Source: Callorhinchus milii
Taxonomy: Eukaryota
Direction: 5' to 3'
Assembly (NCBI RefSeq): GCF_018977255.1
Contig: NW_024704742.1
Coordinates: 64,234,001 to 64,298,000 of the forward strand
DNA length: 64,000 nucleotides
Notes under the pieces: model-generated
What the model was told of the DNA's origin: nothing
Databases searched by the model: none
What the model saw: only the letters and a program-made list of their open reading frames with translations
Translations under genes and position numbers: made by a program
Shown: positions 24,871-37,579 of the stretch, one piece after another
Position numbering within the stretch: the first letter of the stretch is position 1
Layout: each line of letters opens with the position of its first letter

Positions 24871-25984
24871 CTGGTGTACTAGGGCCTTTCACGTCAGGAA
24901 GACATCTCAAAGTACTTTGCTGTTGACATTAGTGCCCATATTTAGTGGGGCAACGCTGCAACCAGTTTGCAGACAGCAACATCCCGCAAGTTGGAGGGAA
25001 AGAGGATTGGAATGGGATAATAGCTTCATTGGAAGAACAAACAGAGATATCCAATGGGTTGTCTAACAGTGCTGGAGAATTTCAGGACCGATTCTGTTAG
25101 TGTGTGTTTGTTTTCTTTTGCCGGATCCTTATAGCACAAACCCCTTTCTTCTACTGTTTCCTAATTAGGCTCAGTGTTGCCAGGAAACCAATTTTAATTA
25201 AGGTGAAGTTGCTATTGAATTTCAGCCGCTCTAAATGACTGAACAGTGGTAATGTTTGGTATTAGGTATTCTGAACTGAGCAGGCATATTGCTAACCCTC
25301 TATACTATAGGCCCAACTGGATGGTCAGCCGACCAAATACATTTTTCTTCATTTATGGCTGGCCATGGGTATCATGGCTCGGTAGCTACTGGAAACAAGG
25401 TATTGATTTGGCACGGACTTGCCTGGAATGAGGCGGATGTCCGGCGGGCAACTTCTTGTCGCCCTCAAAGTGTCCCCGGGGGTCATTACAATACACTGAT
25501 CCTAGTGCTCATTACAGTATTTAATGGCCTTTCTATAACCATCTCTAATCAACTAGCTCCAATCACTAACTCTTCTGTAAATGATATATGATCTGGAAAT
25601 TCTCTGTCGAATCGATCTCCAGCAAAAAGATTTATTTTGTTTCCTCGATCTCAGGGGATCATGATGTTGCACCATTCTTGCATTTGATGTAGCTCCTTTT
25701 ATTTCAGGAGGATTTCTCAAAGTACTTCGCAGTGCATACTTCACTGTGCCATAAACCATGCTGTGCACATAAACTGTAACTGTAACTGGATCATCATTGA
25801 AATTCAGATTGTTCCCAGACTGTGTGGCTCAGCGCCATGTCATTTGGTGCATTTAGCCACTGTAGAAGATGGAAATGTTGACATGCCAAGTAATACATTT
25901 CATTCAATTAAGTGGAGCTTTTAGTTCTGAATAATATTTAGAATTTTCATTACAACTGTTAAAGGCTCACTATAGGTAAATGGA

Positions 25985-26208
25985 CACACAGGACACCAGG
26001 AGAAACTCTCTTCTTTTTTTGACTAATGCCATGGGATCTTTAATGTCCACCTGAACATGCTGATTTTTAATGTCTCATCTAAAGAATGGCACCTTCAGCT
26101 TGCAGCACTCCCCAGCACTCCATTCGAGTGTCAGCTTTGAGTCCTGATGCAGGATTTGAACCGACAACCTTCTGAGTCAGAGGCAAGAGAGTTACCAACT
26201 GAGCCAGC
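25985..26208 (-). mobile_element. Old Deu-type SINE, 5' half
   Basis: gccatgggatctttaatgtccacctgaac...tctcatct...aaccttctgagtcagaggcaagaga..accaactgagcca. Confidence 0.78.
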
Positions 26209-26933
26209 TCTTCAAATAAGACAAACAGCAGAGCAATAACAAGAAGGTTACAGGTGTCACCGCACAAAATATAAGGCAATTACACCACAGCCACGAGAGC
26301 AACTCGCATTAACCAGAGGGAGCATTCTGCCTTGGTTTTCAGGATCAGCAAAGAAGACAAGGAGCAGAAATATAACTAAACCACTTTTCATCTTCATGGT
26401 AAAACATAATAAAAGCACTAATATCTGAGAATGATTCCAAAGCAGTAATCTAATGTTGAGATTTAATTCGCTCCCTCCTCTCTTACAAGCCACATCTCAA
26501 AACATACACCTTCAACCTCGTTTCAGTCATCTTTCCCTTCCCTATCTCCCCTTGGCTCCGCCCCACCCAGCTCAGGAACCCATACTGAACTGTGAAGCGC
26601 TTTGAGGCAACTTCCCAATGTGAAAAGCAGTATATAAATGTACTGTATTAAATATTTATAAAGCAACTGAAAGTCCCTCCCACTCTTTACAGTGTTCAGT
26701 GCCGCAATACTTAACATTTTGCGCCTCAATCATAAAAGTGTGAGAAAATATAAACCAAAAACTGACCTGTCTGCCAGTTACATCCACGTCCACCACAGAT
26801 CATAGGCCTAAAATTCCACCTGATCTTAGCGTGTGGGTCGCCCTCCCAATGTGAAAAGCGCTATACAAATGTAATTTTGTTGTTGTAAGACGCTTTTGTT
26901 TCAAGATTTAAGATCGGGCAGAATTGTGGAAAT

Positions 26934-27345
26934 TCATAGAATCATAGAATCTTACAGCATAGAAGGAGGCCATTCGATAACAAGATCCATTGTTTCCTTG
27001 ATCTTAGGTGATCAGGACGTCGCACTGTCCTTGCATTTGATGAGATCCTTTTATGTCAGGAGGACGTCTCAAAGCGCTTCACAGGATTTACCTGTGCCGG
27101 CTCTTTGAAAGGGATATCCAACTAGTCCCATACCCCTGCTCTTTCCCCAAAGCCTTGCAAATTCTTCCTTTTCAAGTATATATCCAATTCCTTTTTGAAA
27201 TTTATTATTGAATCTGCTTCCTTTCAGGCAATGCACTCCAACAACTTGCTGCGTAAAAAAAATTCTCCTCATCTCCCCTCTGGTTCTTTTGCCAATTATC
27301 TTTAAATCCTTGTCCTCTGGTTACCGACTCACCAGCTAGTGGAAG
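26934..27345 (-). mobile_element. CR1-type LINE 3' end, interrupted at ~26976-27092
   Basis: catagaatcatagaat..acagcatagaaggaggccattcg tail, resuming at gtgccggctctttgaaag..ccctgctctttcccc; reverse frame RRIFFTQQVV. Confidence 0.78.
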
Positions 27346-27694
27346 CAATTCAGTCTTCATTGGAATCCGTACTTTCTGCAATTCTCAAAACAAACCGGAT
27401 TGCGATTCTGACTCTAAGACTGCACTGGTTTTGTCTGACATTGAGCCGCTATCAGTCAAGGAAAATGTAGAACATGTGGAAGGGATGCTGTATAATAAGC
27501 AGAGCTTTATAATTGATTTACGCATTTGGGAAACCTCTCTGTTAAGCACGATAAGCAAAACATACTGGAGCGTAGACTTTTACAAGGCAATAAATGGCCA
27601 CCGTGCACCAAGTCAGTGATAAGACCAAAGGATCTGTGACCACAAGAGAGCAGTTTGTATTAAGTACCAGCTCTAAAGTAGTTCACAGTGATTA

Positions 27695-27915
27695 CACAAG
27701 CTCAAGCTCTTCAGTCTTGAAAGAAGATGACTCAGAGGAAATGTCATAGAGGTGTAGAACCATTTAAATACAATTGAAAAGTAAATCCAGGTCAATACTT
27801 TAGGAAGCACCAAAACAGTAGCACATAGCGAATATAGGTTTAGAGTTGTAAAGGGCAGTTTCAGGGCAGATACCAGGATTTTTTCTTTATTCAGAGGGTA
27901 ATCAACGACTGGAGC
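27695..27915 (+). mobile_element. Old CR1-type fragment
   Basis: ctcttcagtcttgaaagaagatgactcagaggaaatgtcatagaggtgt (LFSLERR*LRGNVIEV-like). Confidence 0.7.
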
Positions 27916-28649
27916 AGGTTGCCCCTCCACGTCCTGCCGATGAGCCAGGCTGGCTGGTGTTACATCTGCATTGCTCTGGAGTCCTACAGTCCTACCTAAC
28001 CTCAGGAACTGAATTATCGAGACCACCACAGAGAGTTGACTCAATCTTAACATTCCATTGGTAAGCTGTCATATTGGAGCCAGCTCAGCTACAATAACAA
28101 CAACAACTTGGATTTATATAGCGCCCTCCATGCCGGACGCATCTCAGAGCACTTCACAGTAACGGATCCTGGGGCCCGGTCTCTCCAGGAGACCGCTCTT
28201 AACTCCAACCCCCTCACTGCAGGAGAATAGATGTCCACAAAATAACAGCCATAAAATAAAATAACTTGTGAATAGGAAGAGGTTAAGTGCACTGAAAGGT
28301 AGGTAAAATTAATGATCTACTTGAGACTCAAAATTCTCCCTCCTTCCTTCAGGCTATTTTCATGAATTTTAAGATTCTCAAAATGTTTGAAAATTCTTAA
28401 ATTCGGACTTAGAATTGGAAGTGGGATTTTTTAAGAACTGTAGAAAAATTCTGCATAATCTTAGATTTAAATACACACTATGGTCGTAAGGCAATGAACA
28501 TTCAAATCTTAGATCACTCCGGATCCCTCTTCTACATTATTTGGGAACTCAATGCAATGATTATTGTACTCCCTATATTATTATAATATTATATACTATT
28601 TTATATTCCTTATAGTACAATACTTACATTTGATAGAGTATAATATCAT

Positions 28650-29095
28650 GGTGTCAAAGCTTTAGACATCATTTTACTGTAAATTGCATTGACTGCATAT
28701 TTTGTAGGCAAATGCAGCAGCCAATTTGTGCACAGCAATGTCCCATAAATAAACAATTTTATTTGGAGGATTGATTGTTGGTCAGGACTGTGGGAGAAAC
28801 TCCTTTCTCTTTATGAATGGTGCCATGGGATCTTCAACATCAACAACAATTTGCTGGATATAACTTGAAGGATTAGCGCCCTTCACATGGGGTCGCCACC
28901 TGGAGCGCTTGAACAATCAGGCAGGGCCTCAGTTTTAACATCTCATCAGAAGGACAGAACCTTCAATAATACAACACGCCCTGAACAATGCATTGAAGTG
29001 TCAGCCTAGATTGTGAGTTTAAAGTCCTACCGTAAAGTTTGAAGCCTCAACCGTCTTACTCTGAGGCAAGCGTACAACCAACCGGGCCAGTCTGA
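28650..29095 (-). mobile_element. Old Deu-type SINE
   Basis: gcagccaatttgtgcacagcaatgtccc...gtgccatgggatcttcaac...ttttaacatctcatc...gtgtcagcctag...ctctgaggcaag. Confidence 0.75.
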
Positions 29096-29548
29096 ATCAT
29101 ATGATATCAAGTCTAAAACATCCAAACATCTCAAAGCACTTCACAGAGAATTGCGGTCAAGTGTAATGACTGTGTATTTATAGGCAAACACGGTTGCCAG
29201 GTTGCAGGGATGAGATGAATGGCCAATTGATGTAAAGGGTCGTCAGGGATATTGTATGGGCAACACTTGAGGTTTCTTGTCTCTGGAGAAAGACATTTTG
29301 GCAATGATCTGTTATAAATATTGCAAAACGTCACAGTAAATGATGTGCCCACTAGGAAGCCTGCCCATTGTAAAGGTACAAACAATACTCTCATCAGTCA
29401 ATGCTAAAAGACCAGCATGATCTGTGTTTTTATATCTTGGATATGACAGGCATTCCCAGTCCAATTAAGGAGCACGTCCATAAGTTTTGATTTGCCAAAA
29501 CAAGCTCATTCCTGGTTATATTCTTCATCAGATTTAGTACTCAGATTT

Positions 29549-31035
29549 AGCCACTATCACCCCCACCTTGAAGAAACCTTCCCTCGACCCGTCACAGCTA
29601 TCCAGCTACCGGCCCATCTCATACCTCCCCTTCCTATCCAAGGTCCTTGAGAGAGCCGTTGCCTCTCAGCTTCGCTCTTTCCTCTCCTCTCACTCCCTCC
29701 ATGAACCACTCCAATCGGGTTTCTGTGCTGTCCACAGCACAGAAACAGCTCTGGTCAAGGTCACAAACGACATCCTGGCCATTTGTAACCAGGGCTCCTT
29801 CTGTCTCCTCTTCCTCCTCGACCTCTCTGCCGCCTTTGACACCATGGACCACTCAATTCTCCCCCACCGCCTCTCCTCCCACCTCAACCTTCAAGGTTCT
29901 GTCCTTGACTGGTTCAGGTCCAACCTTTCACACTGCCTCCACTTCATCGCGGCAAATGGCTTCTCCTCCAGCCCAGCACTGTCTTGTGCAGTGTTCCTCA
30001 GGGCTCTGTCCTCAGTCCCCTCCTCTTCACCCTTTACATGCTTCCCCTTGGTGACATCATCCGCAGACATGGGGTAAATTTGAACATGTATGTGGATGAC
30101 ACCAAACTCTACCTTTCTGCCTCCACCCTCAACTCCAGGACTAATGGCGTCCTGACCAACATCAAGTCCTGGATGAGGGACAACTTTATCCAACTCAACG
30201 TCAGCGAGACCAAGGCCCTCCTGACTGGCTCACGCCATCAGCCTCCACGGCTGCACACTCAACCTCACGAAGCCAGTCAGGAACCTGGGTATCTTGTTTG
30301 ACCCTGAACTGTCCTTTCTCACCCACATCCACGCCATGACTGGCACTGCCTACCACCATCTCCGCAACATTGCCAGACTCCGCCACTGCCTCACCCCTCA
30401 GGCTCCGAAACCCTCACCCATGCATTCGTCACATCAAGGCTCGATTACATGAACTCCCTCCTCATCGGCCTTCCCAACTCTTCCCTTCACAACCTGCAGA
30501 TCATCCAAAACTCTGCACTCCTGTACTCTCACGCACCAGGCTCCGTGACCCCATCACTCCCACCCTCGCCCAACTCCACTGGCTCCCTATCCCTCAGAGG
30601 ATCGAATTCAAGATCCTTGTCCTCACCTTTAAGGCCATCCATGGCCTTGCCCCCTCCTACCTTTCTGACCTGCTGACTGCCTGCCAACCTGCCCACTCCC
30701 TCCGTTCAGCGGGCTCCGCCCTGCTCCATGTCTCCGCCTGACCTGTCCTACCATCGGTGGCCGAGCTTTCAGCCTCTCTGCCCCCACATTCTGGAACTCC
30801 ATCCCACAGTCCCTTCGCCTCACTTCCTCTCTTGCCTCCTTCAAGGCCCGTCTCAAGACCCTTTTCTTCGACCGTGCCTTTGGTCTCCCTCCCATCTTTC
30901 TGCCCTTCTTCGCCCCTAAACCACCCTTCCCCCATGCTCGGGCCCCGACACCTGACTGTTCAGCACTTTGGGACGTCCTCCCGACGTGAAAGGCGCTCTA
31001 TAAATGTAATTTTGTTGTTGATGTTGTTCTTGTTG
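29549..31035 (+). mobile_element. L2-clade LINE, 5'-truncated and frameshifted (subfamily 1)
   Basis: ORF 29568-30077 contains [59 protein letters not shown] follows in another frame; stem-loop and (TTG)n tail. Confidence 0.95.
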
Positions 31036-31221
31036 CACTCACAGCTCATTCACTTTTCATCTGCTAGTTTCCCAATGGATTAAAAGGTCATGTGTCACCC
31101 TGAATCTCCATCAGGCAGGGCAATAACACTCCTGTTAATATCAAGACCAATTAATCTGGAGTATTGCTGGCCAGGGGCCACACACCCAATTCAACAACAA
31201 CAACAATTTGCATTTATATAG

Positions 31222-31319
31222 TTCTGACGGCGGATTGTGGACCTGAAATATTGACTCACTTTCCTTTCTCCGTAGATGCTGCCTGACCTGCTGAGTGTTC
31301 CCAGCGACTTCTGTTTTTG
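31222..31319 (+). mobile_element. Short element with degenerate hammerhead-like 5' motif (Penelope-related?), 14-bp TSD
   Basis: ttCTGACGG..GAAA..ttgactc..gatgctgcctgacctgctgagtg, flanked by the exact repeat ttgcatttatatag (31208-31221 and 31320-31333). Inserted into an L2 tail. Confidence 0.75.
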
Positions 31320-32079
31320 TTGCATTTATATAGCGCCCTTCACACCGAGCCACGTCTCAGAGCAATTTTTCAGGACTGTCCTCATATTTTAAGCATTCCA
31401 AGACAGTTATAACTTAGGTAAGGAGGCATGAGCGCAATTGGCTGCCGCGTTTCGCCCTCAAATATACAGTCAATTCACTTTACAGTATATTCTGTAAAGC
31501 GATTTGAGACCTCTAGAAGACGTAAGAAGCCCTATATTAAATGCAAAGATTATTATTATTTATTCACACAGAGGGTTTAGAAGATAATAATACTAATTGT
31601 TACATTTGATATTTTACCTTTCATGCATGAATAGAGTTGCCACCTGATTGGTTAGTAACCCGCCTGGCTGGTTTTTGTACTGCCTTAAAAATAATAGTAA
31701 TAATGATAATCCTTGCATCTGGTATAGTGAGTGGGTGCCAGGTAGGCTACAGCACCTGACAAGAGGAGGCTGGGAGAGAAATCTGCAATGCACAATAATT
31801 TGGTCACTCAATCCACGACTATTTGTGGGACACTGCTGTGCGGAATTGGCTGCAGTGATTCACCCACAAATATACAGTCAATTCACTTTACAGTATATTC
31901 TGTGAAAGTCTTTGAGACGTTTCGAAAACATGATAAAGTGCCATATCAATTGTGAGGATTATTATTATTATTATTATTATGTGAGCAGGAGGCCTTGGGG
32001 TGGGAAGGTTTTTGGAGAAGGGTCAATTTAAGGTAAGTTAGTGTTTGAAATTTGCTTCCCCGTGTCCCTCTAATTAAGG

Positions 32080-32246
32080 CTTCTTAACCACGAAACACCT
32101 CGCTTGATTGAAACTGTTGGTCACAACGCATGTCGCGACTGTATGAGTGAGCTTCAATTTGAAACTCACTCATATAGTCGCTATATGTGTTGTGACTAAA
32201 CGTTTCAATCAAATGAAGTGCCTCATTTTGTAGCGTGGTAAAGAAG
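32080..32246. repeat. Long imperfect palindrome (hairpin)
   Basis: 54-bp arms 32104-32157 and 32159-32212 are 46/54 complementary; outer 13-bp arms 32080-32092 and 32234-32246 are 12/13. Confidence 0.9.
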
Positions 32247-32635
32247 TAAATCGTGATGTCCTGAGAGAAGAGCTGTTACAGGATAGCAGCGCCCAGTAAA
32301 TTGTGTCCGAATAGTCTCGATAAGGAGGCGCTTTAAAAGATGGCGGCCATTTGTTTGCATCTCGGCATTTTTTATGAGTCTCAGAGGTGGCAACAATCTT
32401 TTATTGGATTCTTGGAGGTGACAACCATACTTCCGTCTCAAAGTGCTTTGCGGGAATTACTCTCAAGTGACTATGTATTTTATACGTGAGAACAGTAGAC
32501 AATTTGCATGTGACAGCCAATGAAGTGAATAAGCAATTTTATTTGGAGGATGATTGGCCATGTCAAAAAGTCTGCCCCAGAAAATAGCAGAGGTAGAATC
32601 GATTAGGAAGTTTAAAAAAGAGATGGGGGAGGGGC

Positions 32636-32970
32636 AGACCCAGTGGTTTAGTGGATTGTGCTACAATTTCCAGACCAAGAATTTACTGGTTCAAATCCCA
32701 GACCATGTTGGGGCTGCATTGTGAAGTTGGCTCTGGACTTCGCAGGAAATCAGCTAGGATTTCTGCTTCTTGATCTGCAGGTCTTTGGCATACCTTGTTT
32801 CTTAACAGCAAGGTGTGGCAAAGTCAAGCACAGTTACCACACTCTCCACAGTTCGGTAGCCTGCCTACGCTCACCCCAAGGCTCACACATGAACAAAGTT
32901 GACTTGAGTGAGTTATCAGTGGGTACCCAGTGCCTGTGGGATCACATACCTCAGTAAGCGGAGAGGAGAA
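32636..32970 (+). mobile_element. Old tRNA-headed SINE-like element, unlike the other SINEs here
   Basis: A-box-like tggtttagtgg (32644-32654) and B box ggttcaaatcc (32688-32698); the body is not repeated elsewhere in the window. Confidence 0.5.
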
Positions 32971-33224
32971 GTGGGGAGAACATTAGAAAAAAATAGTTGG
33001 ACACAATAATTATTTTTCAAACAAAAAAGGAGAAATACACAGATACTTGGGTGGCAATGCATTGAAGAATATGGGCAAAAAGAGATTGGAATTAAAAGAA
33101 CTACAAATATCTAATCAACTGGTGGAACAGGCTCAGTGGTCTGAATAGCATCGCCTGCTCCTGTTTTCTTATGTTCTTATTCCAAAATGTATTTGAATGA
33201 ACACGATGCATGCAAGTTAATTAT

Positions 33225-33592
33225 GGAGTTCTGTAGCGTATTGGTTAGAGCACTCGCCTCGCAAGTGAGATCCGGGCAGAGCAAAACCTTAGGCAAGTTT
33301 TCTTACTCCACACGTGTCTGTTTACCTAGCAGTAAGTAAGAACCCGTTTGTTAGTCGATTGGCTGATCACTTTTCCGGGGGCAGTAATCCCTTCAAAAAA
33401 CATTTTTTCAAATAATAATAATTATTTGGTCACTCAATCCATGATTAATTGTGGGACACTGCTGTGCGCAATTGTTTCACCCACAAAATACATAATCAAT
33501 TCACTTTACAATGCTGTATAATCTGTCAAGCGCTTTGAAAAGTCTCGAAGATGTGATAAAGTGCTATATTAAATGCAAAGATTATTACTATT
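33225..33592 (+). mobile_element. SINE subfamily B
   Basis: ggagttctgtagcgtattggttagagcactcgcctcgcaag head, B block and tail. Confidence 0.88.
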
Positions 33593-33642
33593 CCCATTGT
33601 TCATTTTTCACTATTGAAAATATTCTTTAAGATAGTTAAGAT

Positions 33643-33945
33643 AGACTTTCTTTTTAGCTGTACTTAAGATTGTAATCCGCACAGTAGTCCCCTTTCCCAT
33701 AAGCTTTGCCCTGTGAGGTGCTTGTTCTCCAGAGATAGAAAGAGAGAACTAGCTACATTTATAGTTCCATTGGTGATCTTTCAATAGAGGTAAAAATATC
33801 CAATTTTTTTTAGCTTCACACTGTCCTATTTTATCTATTTATAAATTTCACTATTTGATTGTAGCTTAATGTTACTCTGAAGTTCAACTCTAGTCATCAC
33901 CTTCAAGGAAACAATTCTGGTATCTCCTTTTCAAATGTCTGAAAT
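33643..33945 (+). repeat. Direct duplication, copy 1 (pairs with 36078-36380)
   Basis: Long shared blocks such as ccctgtgaggtgcttgttctccagaga, tatagttccattggtgatctttcaatagaggtaaaaatatcc and ttcactatttgattgtagcttaatgttactctgaagttca. Confidence 0.92.
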
Positions 33946-34534
33946 TCTACCACAGACCAATCTGAGCCAGTGTGTGATACTCTCATGGCTAGTCCATACC
34001 AGAGATCTCTTCACAATGAGTGGCCTGACTGGCTGATTAAATAACCTTCCGCTACATTTTAAGAAGAAACTGGGCTGGTCCCTGGTATCAGAGAACATTG
34101 AGAAACACTGCTCCAGAGCACACAAACATTTTGACACCTATCAAATGTCAATGTGTAATTGGTAGTGTTTGTATCCAGAAGGACCATTAATCTTGGGCAT
34201 GACATCCATCTTCATTGAGCCCACTCTCCCACACAATTGGCAATGACTTCCTATCCAAACCTTTCTAAACCTATTTCACTTGCCTGCAGGCACTGCTGTA
34301 ATATATAATGGGATTTTGGAATTTCCTCTGCTCAGTACTGTTAAAGGATCCTGCTAATTTGATTTAGTTCCTTCTTGAAGTGAAAGGGATATCAGTTATC
34401 ACAGGTCTCCAGCCAGGTGCATTAATGTTTGAGGTTTTGCATTTGCTTCCTGTAGAGAATTTTTCTTTGAAAGTTTGCAAAGGGATTTGCTATTATAAGA
34501 TAAGAGCTTAATAAAAACATTCACTAAAGTGTGC

Positions 34535-35070
34535 AGCAACAACAACTTGCGTTTATATAGTGCCCCTCACACAGGGTAGCGCCCAGAGTGCTTGACAGTG
34601 GTGGAGTACAATGCCGAACCGGGGTGAGGGGGAAGGTGAGCATAGGCACGATCAAAGAGGTATATCTTCAGATAGGACCTGAAGATGGGAAGGAGGGGCA
34701 AGGCAGTGGGATTGAGGAAGTGTTCCAGAGTTTTGGGGCATAGTGGCTGAAAGCACAGCCACTGATGGTGGAATAGAGGGCACAAGGGACAAGCAGGAAG
34801 CTGGAGCCAGTCAAGCTGAGGCAACCGGTAGTAGGTTGGGGAGTAAACAGGTCGGAGAGGTAGGGAGGTGCCAGGACATGAAGATAATTGAAGATGAGTG
34901 TGAGGATTTTGAAATCAATCCATTCGGTGAAAGGGAGCCAGAGGAGCCAGGCTAGAACTGGTGTAATGGGGGTATGAAGTCTAATGCGAGTGAGTATGCG
35001 GGCAGTAGAGTTTGGGATTAACTAGATTTTGTGGATAGTGGAGCTGGGGAGACCAACAAGTAGGGCATTT
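34535..35070 (-). mobile_element. Old L2 3' fragment (third subfamily)
   Basis: caacaacaacttgcgtttatatagtgccc tail; purine-rich body with gattttgaaatcaatcc (reverse complement encodes IDFKI). Confidence 0.8.
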
Positions 35071-35629
35071 GTAATAACACACGATAAGCCCCAGTAGGAG
35101 CAAAGTGGCTGAGGGCCCCTAACCTCTGGAACTCCCTTCACCAAATCCCCCACTCTAGCTGTGTTTGAAAGCCTTCTGAAAACCTATCACTTGAATTATC
35201 CCTTTGATCACCTCCATCCTTCCTCATTCCCCACTCTCCTACTCAGTGTCCAGCACTGTCTCTGTAAAGCACTTTGGGGCATTACCCTATGTGAAATGCA
35301 AGTTGTTGTCATTCTTGTTGGTTTGATGCTCTGAGAAGCATAACCACAGAATATCAAAATAATGATAAGCCTTGGATCTAATATACAAAAGGTCTTAAAG
35401 CTTCACATGGTTTACTGTGAAGTGCAGTGCCTTTTTTTTGCATAATAGCTCCGACTCTGGATTGAGAGCCCAATATTTTCATGTAACCCCTAAGGATTGC
35501 GCTTGTCTATTCAATTCTAGTGAACTTACAATTTTATTTATCAATCTTTTGATGCCATTTAATTTCACCTAAAAATTTCCATGCTCAAATATAGCAAAAA
35601 TATTGGGGCCATGGAAAATGCTAGTTACA

Positions 35630-35970
35630 TGGTATTTTGTAGGAAAACGTGGCAGCCAATTTGCATACAGCATTATTTCACACAAATGAAGTGAATGACC
35701 ATTTTTTGTTTATCTGTGAGATTGTTGGCCAGGACAACAGGAGAATGTCTATTCACATGTCAAGTAGTGCCATGGGTGCTTTAAAGTCCACTAAGCAAGC
35801 ACACAGGAACTGTGTTCAATAGTTCATCTGAAGGGCAAACACTCCTGACAAAATCGTGCTCATCTAGCATTGGAGTGTCAGCCTAGACTATGATCTAAAA
35901 GTCCCAATGTGAGACTTGAACCACACATTCTGTTCAAAGGCAAGAGTGCTGCCAATTGAGCTAGGCTGAC
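35630..35970 (-). mobile_element. Old Deu-type SINE
   Basis: ggcagccaatttgca...ggccaggacaacagg...gtgccatggg...ggagtgtcagcctaga...ggcaagagtgctgccaattgagc. Confidence 0.75.
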
Positions 35971-36077
35971 CCATATTGCAACGGGTTTTATCAAGACTGT
36001 AACAGTTAACAGAGAAAGAAGCATGCATATAAACACAAACATCATTAGACAATTTTTGTTGCCTACTAACCTAACAC

Positions 36078-36380
36078 AGACTTTCTTTCAGGTACTTTTT
36101 AGCCGGAATTAAGATAGTAGGGCACAGTAGCCCCTTCCCCATAAGCTTTACCCTGTGAGGTGCTTGTTCTCCAGAGACAGAAAGAGAGAACTAGCTACAT
36201 CTATAGTTCCATTGGTGATCTTTCAATAGAGGTAAAAATATCCTTTTTTTTTCAACTTCACACTGTCCTATTTTATCTATTTATATACTTCACTATTTGA
36301 TTGTAGCTTAATGTTACTCTGAAGTTCAGCTCTACCTTCAATTAAAAAATTCTGGTATCTCCTTGTCAAATGTCTGAAAT
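36078..36380 (+). repeat. Direct duplication, copy 2 (pairs with 33643-33945)
   Basis: Same shared blocks as copy 1; homology ends abruptly after caaatgtctgaaat. Confidence 0.92.
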
Positions 36381-36940
36381 GCATCTTAGAATTCTCCTGG
36401 AATTGAACTCTTGTGTATGTTACAGGAAAAGTAATTCAGCTATAAGATCAGGCAGTCAGGTTTGATTAATGGCATCTCTTTTTCTCCATCACCCATTGAG
36501 GAATCACGTAATCTCCTATTATTCCAGCACTGGCTGCGAATAATAACACCAACTCACCTCATTTACTGAGACTCCAATACATTGCTTTATTATATGGTAT
36601 ATATACTCTTATATAATATATTTAGTAACTATAGTCTTCATGTAGATTGGTTTTATGATTCAGAATCTCAGCTCTACTTTTGTATTTACTCTGGGATGGG
36701 TTCTTTTTGGTCAGACATGTATCTGACGCTTTAAAAAAAAACTGAGACTTTGCAGAAGATTAACTCGATTCTGACATTCCTGGAGCCAGCTCAGCCTCAA
36801 GGAATTATTTTATTCCATTGTAGTGATAGAGGAGTGAGATAAGGAGACCCCGTTTACCTCCCTCCTCTTTCACTACAATGGAATTTCTGCACAGGGTACT
36901 TTCTCCCTTTACCTCTTCTTCTGAAAGTGCTTTTCTTCCC

Positions 36941-37231
36941 CTGTTCCCAAGGCAAGCTATGCGGTTTAAACTGGTTAGGCTCCAGCAGTACCCCAATGCA
37001 CACTCTGGGGTCCCTAAGCCTTGGCTCTTGCCAACCTACACCTAATACTTTCCTGGAATTAGGTAAACAGGATGTGTCCCTCCAGGAGAGAGTTGCCATT
37101 CCATTCCAACAATCTATCACTGGGATTTCCATGTGTAGATGGGATGCATGGAATTCTCAGCTTGGTTTGGATACTCTTAAGCATGGGGATGGATATCTGC
37201 ATGTGTCAGACACCCGGTTGTCCAAAAAAAA
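36941..37231 (+). mobile_element. Family X repeat
   Basis: ctccagcagtacccc..ctctggggtccc..caacaatctatc..tttggatactcttaagcatgggg..cagacacccggttgtccAAAAAAAA. Confidence 0.85.
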
Positions 37232-37579
37232 TAGTTCCCAAGGTACCAAGCTCCCTCCAGCACATCGCAGAAATGGCCATTATTCATGGTGAGCTTACAA
37301 GATGGTGTTGTTATGTTCTTCGACAGTGGAACCATTGGAGCATAACATGACAGGTTCATGGTATTTGCCTTAACATCAATGCTCATAGAACTTAAGCTTG
37401 TACAGAACTTTAAATGAGGGGCTCCTCCTCTAGCTCATCCAATTATTTTCAATGTGATGAATCTGAGTAGAAAACTCTAGCAGCTGAACTAGGACCAATA
37501 TAGACACAATGGGCCAAACAGCTTCCTTTCAATCTATATAATAGAATAATAATCCTTGCATTTGATATAGTGCCTTATT

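Noticed and set aside
33643..36380. LTR retroelement bounded by the 300-bp direct repeats
   Set aside because: No TG...CA termini, PBS/PPT, TSD or gag/pol remnants. The interior holds L2 and SINE fragments and unassigned sequence.
36854..37350. Overlapping 90-120 aa ORFs (and similar ones at 45358 and 54467) as a conserved gene
   Set aside because: They lie within family X repeat copies, open frames differ between copies and strands, and no protein motif is recognisable.
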